Of a DNA stretch of 15,804 nt, positions 7,754 to 13,988 are shown one piece after another. The DNA is taken from positions 1 through 15,804 of the forward strand of contig CAXXSL010000003.1 in NCBI GenBank assembly GCA_963675525.2, in the 5' to 3' direction. The position numbers and the translations under genes are program-made. Source of the DNA: Anaerohalosphaeraceae bacterium. GTDB lineage: Bacteria > Planctomycetota > Phycisphaerae > Sedimentisphaerales > Anaerohalosphaeraceae. Within the stretch, counting starts at the first letter, position 1. Each line of letters begins with the position of its first letter. The notes below the pieces were generated by a model. That model saw only the letters and a program-made list of their open reading frames with translations, searched no databases and had not been told where the DNA came from.

Positions 7754-9145
7754 ATGAATATTAAAGGTAAAAAATATCACTTTATCGGTATTGGCGGCAT
7801 CGGAACCAGTGGTTTGGCCAAGATCTTGATGAAAAACGACGCAATTGTCACCGGCTCAGACATGGAAAACAGTTCTGTCATTGAGCATCTTCGCACGCTC
7901 GGCAGCCGTATTGTAAACGGTCACAGTCCCGACAATATTGCAGTCGATACAAACGAAGTTGTCATCAGTGCCGCCGTCACTGCCGCAAATCCCGAATTGG
8001 CAAGAGCTTCTGAATTGGGTCTGCCTATCTTCAAATATGCCGAAATGCTGGGCAAAATGTTCGACAGCTATGACGGTATTGCTTTCGCCGGGACCCACGG
8101 CAAAAGCACCACCAGCGGCTGGCTGGCCTACATCCTCGAAAAAGCGGGCAAAAAGCCCAATTACATCGTCGGCGCTGAAATCGGCCAACTTCAAAGCTCC
8201 AGCGGCGTCGGTAGTAGTAAAGTCTTTATTGCTGAAGCCTGCGAATACGACCGCAGTTTTCTGAACCTGCACCCACAGATCGCGGTCCTCTTGAACATTG
8301 AACAGGACCACCTGGACTATTACCGCAACGAAGATGAAATCGTCGAAGCGTTCGCTCAGTTTGCCGCCCAAGTCAAGTCCGGCGGCATTCTCATCGCCAA
8401 CGGACAGGACAAAAACGTCGCTCGTATCCTTCGCAAGTTCGCCACCGAACCGAAGATCGTAACCTTTGGCCTCCAAACGCATTGCGACTTCAACGCTCGC
8501 AACCTCGAACGGGTTGAAGGATGCTACGAATTTGATGTTTTCCGCAATGACGCCCTCTTGGGCCGATCCCGCATCGAATTACCAGGTGAACACAATGTCC
8601 TCAACGCCTTGGCAGTCATCGCCGCGGCCGTCCATGCGGGGCTGAAGTTCGAGGAAATCGCATCGCATTTAGGCCGCTTTAGCGGTATTGACCGTCGGCT
8701 GATGTTCAAAGACGAAATCGGCGGGATCACTATTCTGGACGATTACGCTCACCATCCAACGGAAATACGGGCATCCCTGAAAGCCATCCGTGAAAAATAC
8801 GCTCCCACACGTCTTTGGTGCATTTTTCAGCCGCATCAATACAGTCGAACCCGTTTTTTACTTGATGATTTTGCGGAAAGCTTTAAGCTAGCCGATATTA
8901 CGGTGGTGCCGGAGATTTATTTTGTCCGGGATACCGCCGAAAGCCGCAACACGGTCAACGCCGAAACGCTGGTCGAACGCATCCGTCAGCATAACTGCCA
9001 GGCCGTGTTTATAAAGGATTTTTCAGGCATTTTAGAACACTTAAAAAATAATGTAACCTCCGGCGACCTGGTCGTCACCATGGGAGCCGGAACGATTTGG
9101 AAGGTGGCAGATGAGTACATTCAGTGGCTTCGAGAGCATTGTTAA
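7754..9145 (+). CDS. murC: UDP-N-acetylmuramate--L-alanine ligase
   Basis: HFIGIGGIG.SGLA, P-loop AGTHGKSTT, EACEYDRSFL, NIEQDHLDYY, DDYAHHPTE, FQPHQYSRT, TMGAG. Confidence 0.97.
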   Translation: MNIKGKKYHFIGIGGIGTSGLAKILMKNDAIVTGSDMENSSVIEHLRTLGSRIVNGHSPDNIAVDTNEVVISAAVTAANPELARASELGLPIFKYAEMLGKMFDSYDGIAFAGTHGKSTTSGWLAYILEKAGKKPNYIVGAEIGQLQSSSGVGSSKVFIAEACEYDRSFLNLHPQIAVLLNIEQDHLDYYRNEDEIVEAFAQFAAQVKSGGILIANGQDKNVARILRKFATEPKIVTFGLQTHCDFNARNLERVEGCYEFDVFRNDALLGRSRIELPGEHNVLNALAVIAAAVHAGLKFEEIASHLGRFSGIDRRLMFKDEIGGITILDDYAHHPTEIRASLKAIREKYAPTRLWCIFQPHQYSRTRFLLDDFAESFKLADITVVPEIYFVRDTAESRNTVNAETLVERIRQHNCQAVFIKDFSGILEHLKNNVTSGDLVVTMGAGTIWKVADEYIQWLREHC

Positions 9146-9992
9146 AGAAAAGTGTCCGTTGAGCGATTTCACATGGTACGGTCTGGGCGGCAGCGCCGAC
9201 TACCTGGTCCGCCCCCAAACAGTCGAGCAACTCAAAGACGTCATGCAGCGCTGTCTGGAAAAAAGCATCCCGGTACGCGTTTTGGGATTCGGATCCAACT
9301 TGCTGGTGAGCGATGAGGGAGTGCGTGGCGCTGTTCTCAAGTTAGATGCCGAAGCCTTCTGCGGCATCACGTTCGATAAAAACACCCTGACCGCCGGAGC
9401 CGGGACCAACCTGAACAAGCTCGTACTGGATTCGGTTCGTAAAGGACTCAGCGGCCTCGAAGCATTGACCGGAATTCCCGGTTCACTCGGCGGAGCGATC
9501 CGCATGAACGCCGGCGGCAATTTCGGCGATATCGGATCAAGCGTCGAAAGCGTCACGGTCATGGACAAACAGGGCAATGTCTTTAAAAAGTCAAAACCGG
9601 AACTGGTCTTTGACTATCGCTGGGTCAATATCACCGCCCCGATCATTCTGGACGCCACGCTGGAACTGACCGAATCCGATTCCGATGCGATGCTCAAAAC
9701 CATCAAGGAGGTCTGGATCTACAAAAAGAACTCCCAGCCGCTGAACACGAAAAACGCCGGCTGTATTTTCAAAAATCCCCGCGGCTTGTCAGCCGGCGCC
9801 TTGATCGACCGGGCCGGACTGAAAGGAACACAGATCGGCGGTGCCGTGGTCAGCGAAAAACACGCCAATTTCATTACAACCGAAAAAGGCTGCACCAGCA
9901 AAGATGTCAGACAGTTGATCGAATTGATCCGAACCAAAGTCAGGGAATCGTTCGATGTTATTTTGGAAATGGAAATTGAAATCTGGCAATAA
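9111..9992 (+). CDS. murB: UDP-N-acetylenolpyruvoylglucosamine reductase (short, type II-like)
   Basis: GFGSNLLVSD, GIPGSLGGAIRMNAG, FDYR, AGCIFKNP, SEKHANF, LEMEI. Overlaps the murC 3' end by 35 nt. Confidence 0.97.
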   Translation: MSTFSGFESIVKEKCPLSDFTWYGLGGSADYLVRPQTVEQLKDVMQRCLEKSIPVRVLGFGSNLLVSDEGVRGAVLKLDAEAFCGITFDKNTLTAGAGTNLNKLVLDSVRKGLSGLEALTGIPGSLGGAIRMNAGGNFGDIGSSVESVTVMDKQGNVFKKSKPELVFDYRWVNITAPIILDATLELTESDSDAMLKTIKEVWIYKKNSQPLNTKNAGCIFKNPRGLSAGALIDRAGLKGTQIGGAVVSEKHANFITTEKGCTSKDVRQLIELIRTKVRESFDVILEMEIEIWQ

Positions 9993-9995
9993 CGT

Positions 9996-10053
9996 TAAAA
10001 TCTAATATCAAAAGTTAAAGTGAAAAATTAAGGAGTCCCGATAATATCGGGAC
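9996..10053 (+). repeat. Degenerate period-7 A-rich repeats followed by a 19-bp palindrome
   Basis: TAAAATC TAATATC AAAAGTT AAAGTGA AAAATTA, then AGGA, then GTCCCGATA-A-TATCGGGAC (10035-10053). Confidence 0.65.
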
Positions 10054-10063
10054 AACTTTTTAT

Positions 10064-11014
10064 ATGGATAAGAATATAGAAAACTTAAAAATCGCGGTTC
10101 TGGCCGGCGGCAGCGGCTCAGAAAGACAGGTCAGTCTCCTGAGCGGTCAAACCGTTTATAACGCCTTGAAAGAGGCCGGTCTCGAAACCATTCTATCCGA
10201 TATCACGCCGGAAGATATGTCGATTCTTGATGACCCATCAATTGATGTCTTCTTCCCGATCCTGCACGGGCAATTCGGCGAAGACGGCCAGTTGCAGCGT
10301 GTCCTCGAAGACAAAAACCTGTGCTTTACCGGCTCCGGTTCCGAATCCAGCCGAAGATCATTTGATAAACTGCTCAGCAAACAAGCTTTTTTTCACGCAA
10401 AGCTGCCGATCGCCAGGCACCTGATCGTTCATGCCTGTGATACGCAGGAAGATTTAAAACCCATGCTGAAAAAGCTGGCCCCCAAATACGTCGTCAAACC
10501 CGTTCGAGAAGGCAGCAGTGTTGGCATTACCATTACCGACGATCTGGATACAGCCGCGGCAAACGCCATCGCCTGTTTTGCCCAATACGGCAACTGCATG
10601 GTCGAGGAATTTATCGCCGGCCGGGAGATCACCGTCGGCATCCTCAATGGAACACCCCTGCCGGTTATCGAGATTCGCAGCAAAACCGCCTTCTACGATT
10701 ATCAGGCAAAATACGAAAGCGATACCACCGAATACCTCTTCGATACGATAGAAGACGGCGAACTGGTCAAGGAAATCCAGCAGGATGCGGTCACCTGTTT
10801 CAACGAACTCGGATGCCGGCATCTGGGACGTGTGGATTTTATCTTAACAAAGGTCGGTATTCCGTATATACTGGAGATCAACACCCTCCCCGGGTTTACC
10901 AGCCATTCGCTCTTGCCGATGGCCGCGGAAAATGCGGGAATATCCAAGCCACAGCTTTGTACGCAAATTGTCGAAGCGGCCTGGAACGAACACAAAATTA
11001 AAGTAAGTGACTAA
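10064..11014 (+). CDS. ddl: D-alanine--D-alanine ligase
   Basis: GGSGSERQVSLLSG, LHGQFGEDG, VVKPVREGSSVG, EEFIAGRE, FYDYQAKY, GRVDF, LEINTLPGFT. Confidence 0.97.
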   Translation: MDKNIENLKIAVLAGGSGSERQVSLLSGQTVYNALKEAGLETILSDITPEDMSILDDPSIDVFFPILHGQFGEDGQLQRVLEDKNLCFTGSGSESSRRSFDKLLSKQAFFHAKLPIARHLIVHACDTQEDLKPMLKKLAPKYVVKPVREGSSVGITITDDLDTAAANAIACFAQYGNCMVEEFIAGREITVGILNGTPLPVIEIRSKTAFYDYQAKYESDTTEYLFDTIEDGELVKEIQQDAVTCFNELGCRHLGRVDFILTKVGIPYILEINTLPGFTSHSLLPMAAENAGISKPQLCTQIVEAAWNEHKIKVSD

Positions 11015-11049
11015 AAGAAAGCAGACGGGCCATTTAGCCCGGACTTTTA

Positions 11050-11982
11050 TTGATGGCAAAAAAAAGAAAGACAACCAAAAAAGGGGGCGGCTTATCCGGC
11101 TTCTTTTCGAAAAAGAAAAAAAGCTCCCGTTCGCGGTCTAAAAAGGCTTCCTCGTCCTGGTCCTTCAACCTGAAATTCACGCTCGCCATCCTCATCACGG
11201 TCCTTCTGCTGACCGGCATTGCCGTCAGCCTCTTCTACATGGACCGCTATATTAAACCCAACGCCTCCAGCAAACAGGCTTACGGGTCGCTGGTTCTGGC
11301 CGAACCCGGGATCTGGGTCAATGAAGACTGGAAGCAAAAGGTCCAGGAGATCACCGGAAAAGGACCGTTTCTGCTGGATGACAGATCGGCAAAAGACCTC
11401 GCACAAAAACTGCAGGTTCTGTCATGGATGGATAATATCCACGTAAAAACAACCCCGGAAAAGATCCTCGTATATGCCGATTACCGAAGACCGGTCGCCC
11501 TCGTTGATCTCGGCGGAGGAAAGAAATACTATCTGGATGCGCAAATGGTCGTCATGGATTATATCCCCGTCACGGCGATTCCGACCATCGAGATCAAGGG
11601 GATTGCCTCGCCCCGCTCGATTCCGACGCCCGGCAACCGCTGGGCCGCCGAAGACGCCCATGCAGGTGTGGATTTGCTCGATATCTTATATAAAATGGAC
11701 CTGCATTTTCAACAACAGCAGCAAATGGAAAAACCGCTGCTGGACGATATCGAAAGTGTCGATGTGTCCAACTTTGCCGCCCGAAGAAGCAATTCGGCGC
11801 CGCACCTGTTCCTGAATGTCAAAGACGGCTCAACACGGGTCTTCTGGGGAGCGGCATGGGGACAGGCCGCACGCTATCTGGAACAGGACGAAAAAGACAA
11901 GTTGGCTGATCTGTACCAGTTTTTCATGGACAACAACAGCCTGCGGGGAAAAGCCAAATACATCGAACTGCGGCAGCTATAA
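11050..11982 (+). CDS. Divergent FtsQ/DivIB-like bitopic membrane protein (start TTG 11050 or ATG 11053)
   Basis: Located directly after ddl. Basic cytoplasmic N-terminus and a single TM helix. YRRPVALV resembles FtsQ ERxPxA, and terminal YIELR resembles FtsQ YxDLR. Overall similarity to canonical FtsQ is low. Confidence 0.65.
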   Translation: MMAKKRKTTKKGGGLSGFFSKKKKSSRSRSKKASSSWSFNLKFTLAILITVLLLTGIAVSLFYMDRYIKPNASSKQAYGSLVLAEPGIWVNEDWKQKVQEITGKGPFLLDDRSAKDLAQKLQVLSWMDNIHVKTTPEKILVYADYRRPVALVDLGGGKKYYLDAQMVVMDYIPVTAIPTIEIKGIASPRSIPTPGNRWAAEDAHAGVDLLDILYKMDLHFQQQQQMEKPLLDDIESVDVSNFAARRSNSAPHLFLNVKDGSTRVFWGAAWGQAARYLEQDEKDKLADLYQFFMDNNSLRGKAKYIELRQL

Positions 11983-12033
11983 AGTTTTGAGTTCTTAGTT
12001 CTTAGTTTTAAGTTGAGGATTCGCCTTCGGTGA
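11983..12033 (+). repeat. Five period-7 repeats followed by a short hairpin
   Basis: AGTTTTG AGTTCTT AGTTCTT AGTTTTA AGTTGAG, then GAT, then TCGCC-TTC-GGTGA (12021-12033). Confidence 0.75.
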
Positions 12034-12043
12034 TGTTTCAATT

Positions 12044-12418
12044 CTAGCCAATTTCCTTATTATTCAGAATATCCAGCCCGGCTTTCAGGGACACATACCG
12101 ATAAGGGATTTGGTGTTTTGTACAGAACGCCTTGAATTTATGGATGGCTTGTTCACTGAGCAGATTTCCCTGTTCGCTCTCGCCTTCACAGGCAAAGATC
12201 CGGCAGCCCGAAAAGCGATAGGGATACACGCTGCATTTGCCATCAACGCGATAGGGGCAAACACCGGACACCATCTCTTTGATCTCCGGCCCGACAAAAT
12301 GCTGAAAATGCAATAGCTCCGGGCCCGTCACATACAGCCGGTGCCCGAACACCTCAAAATCGCAGCACTCCCCGCACGCCCGACAAGACCGGTCCATCTG
12401 CGCAACCTCCCCATCCAC
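12044..12418 (-). CDS. YkgJ-like cysteine cluster protein (CxxCxxCC, putative Fe-S/Zn); true start probably further upstream
   Basis: CRACGECC...CPY...CSVYPYRFSGCRIFAC. The frame stays open upstream to 12517 but has no ATG/GTG/TTG before GTG 12418. Confidence 0.8.
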   Translation of the reverse strand: MDGEVAQMDRSCRACGECCDFEVFGHRLYVTGPELLHFQHFVGPEIKEMVSGVCPYRVDGKCSVYPYRFSGCRIFACEGESEQGNLLSEQAIHKFKAFCTKHQIPYRYVSLKAGLDILNNKEIG

Positions 12419-12492
12419 CCACCGGTAAATAGTGTCAACCTCTTTGATGATATTGAGAGTTTGTTTTAAACAATTGAATCTATTACAGTCAT

Positions 12493-12533
12493 TTGGAATT
12501 TGTTTAGTGCTTAGAAATTAGGATTTAGGATTT
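12493..12533. repeat. Period-7 TTAGNNN repeats overlapping the 3' end of the upstream YkgJ gene
   Basis: TTAGTGC TTAGAAA TTAGGAT TTAGGAT (12504-12531), preceded by TTGGAAT TTGT. Confidence 0.7.
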
Positions 12534-12972
12534 TTCTGTTTTCCCACCAGCATTTTTGTTTCCGGATCGCCTCAATTTCCTCAAACGAATAAAACTTCCC
12601 ACGGTTAATGCCGGCGCAGCGCATCGCCGCCCAGTTCCACGCATCCGGACCGGATAGATTCGCATCCCAGAACGGCCATGTCCGGCACTGGTTCGGCCGC
12701 ACCGAATACACCGCACACCCCCGGCAGCCGGTTTTCTCACCCGTCAGGAAAATGCAGTCCTTGGAAGTTTTATCTTCCTTGATACTATGACGCAGGCCGT
12801 AACGTTTGAGATACTTTTGCTTGGTCGCGTCGACCGTTATCCCCAGATGCTCGGCCATAAACTCAATCTCCGGCTTGGAAATCCAGATATACCCCTCCTC
12901 CGGCCCCGCACAGCAGCCCCCGCAGCCGATACACTCAAAATTCAACCCACATGAATACCAATGATTACTCAC
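12511..12972 (-). CDS. YkgJ family cysteine cluster protein (putative Fe-S/Zn-chelating)
   Basis: GTG start with AGGA upstream. FECIGCGGCC...DCIFL...CAVYSVRPNQCRTWPFW...CAGI. Confidence 0.92.
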   Translation of the reverse strand: MSNHWYSCGLNFECIGCGGCCAGPEEGYIWISKPEIEFMAEHLGITVDATKQKYLKRYGLRHSIKEDKTSKDCIFLTGEKTGCRGCAVYSVRPNQCRTWPFWDANLSGPDAWNWAAMRCAGINRGKFYSFEEIEAIRKQKCWWENRKILNPNF

Positions 12973-13021
12973 AATAAATCCCTATTCCTTTTCTGTAATT
13001 CCTACGAAAGTCGAAGTCTGC

Positions 13022-13030
13022 ATTATATCA
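13022..13030 (-). promoter_or_regulatory. Extended -10 promoter for the YkgJ pair
   Basis: Minus strand TGATATAAT (TGnTATAAT), about 50 nt upstream of the GTG. No good -35. Confidence 0.5.
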
Positions 13031-13140
13031 GGTTGGCAACTTAATGAAGGCGGCTTTTTGACAAGATTCCCCCGTTTTTTCAACACCAACGGCCCAATCC
13101 CACAATAATAGCAAGAGAACTCCAAAAGAGCAAATCACGG

Positions 13141-13836
13141 CTACTTATCCCGCCAGGACTTTATGGTCATCTTTTCGGTGGGGATGTACTCGACGTGCCA
13201 ATCCAGAAACAGATAATTACATCCATCCCGATGGCGTTTTCTCGCCACACGTCGCCCGGTGGTGGGGTCAGTACTGGTCGAGTCGGGAAGATGATTCGGG
13301 TTCCATACATCAATACGCTGAATACCCGGGTCGGTTTCATCCTTTATCACAGGCCGCCACGATCCCTCTTCATTTTCAGCCATATAAACCGTTGACATGG
13401 GATACATGAATGTGTTCAGTTTGGTCGGAGACGTAATCTCGTGTCCTGTTATGTCGGTTTTACTGTCAAACGTCCATGAACTCACGACATAGCAGACAGT
13501 CTGCTCTTTGTCGGGAAAACTCAGACAACGGTAAATTTTGACGTTGCGGTAATCGGTCGTATCCTCCGTATGTCCCACATAGGGCAGAAAACACTGAAAC
13601 CATGTCCCGAACTGGCCGCCGCGAGGGATGAAGGTATCGTTATCTTCCGCGTACAAATACGCGGCAAGACCGATCTGCCCCATATTGCTGGCACAAACAG
13701 TCATCTGGGCCTGGGCTTTGGCCTTTTTCAACGCCGGCAAGAGCACAGACAAAAGCAGCGCAATGATCGCGATCACCACCAGCAACTCGATCAGCGTAAA
13801 ACCTCGAAACCGCGCGTTTGTATGGTTATAAGACAT
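13141..13836 (-). CDS. Prepilin-type N-terminal cleavage/methylation domain protein with H-X9-DG-type C-terminal motif (DUF1559-like)
   Basis: RG|FTLIELLVVIAIIALLLSVLLPAL, CASNMGQIG, C-terminal HRDGCNYLFLDWHVE. Confidence 0.92.
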   Translation of the reverse strand: MSYNHTNARFRGFTLIELLVVIAIIALLLSVLLPALKKAKAQAQMTVCASNMGQIGLAAYLYAEDNDTFIPRGGQFGTWFQCFLPYVGHTEDTTDYRNVKIYRCLSFPDKEQTVCYVVSSWTFDSKTDITGHEITSPTKLNTFMYPMSTVYMAENEEGSWRPVIKDETDPGIQRIDVWNPNHLPDSTSTDPTTGRRVARKRHRDGCNYLFLDWHVEYIPTEKMTIKSWRDK

Positions 13837-13914
13837 ATACTTTGTTGTCCCCGTTCATTACAAAGATACTGCATTCTTCAAAAATGCACAATGCTGTTTT
13901 TGACTTCACTATTT

Positions 13915-13981
13915 TTCCTGTAAATCCCGTTAATCCTGTCTAAAAAATCATTCTCTCTGAGTTCTCTCGTGGTCTCTGTGG
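13915..13981. repeat. Two adjacent triplets of period-9 repeats
   Basis: TTCCTGTAA ATCCCGTTA ATCCTGTCT (13915-13941) and TCTCTGAGT TCTCTCGTGG TCTCTGTGG (13954-13981). Confidence 0.7.
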
Positions 13982-13988
13982 CAGAAAA

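Noticed and set aside
7856..8482. 208-aa antisense ORF within murC, and the other short nested ORFs across the window
   Set aside because: Fully inside well-supported genes; expected by chance.
9111..9145. 35-nt murC/murB overlap as a broken MurC-MurB fusion
   Set aside because: Both proteins are complete and murB has its own AAGGTGG RBS, so this is ordinary translational coupling.
11026..11049. CGGGC/GCCCG hairpin followed by GACTTTT between ddl and the ftsQ-like gene
   Set aside because: Only a 5-bp stem with a displaced short T-run, too weak to call a terminator.
13058..13063. Perfect TTGACA on the plus strand
   Set aside because: No -10 box at 16-18 nt spacing and no plus-strand gene downstream.
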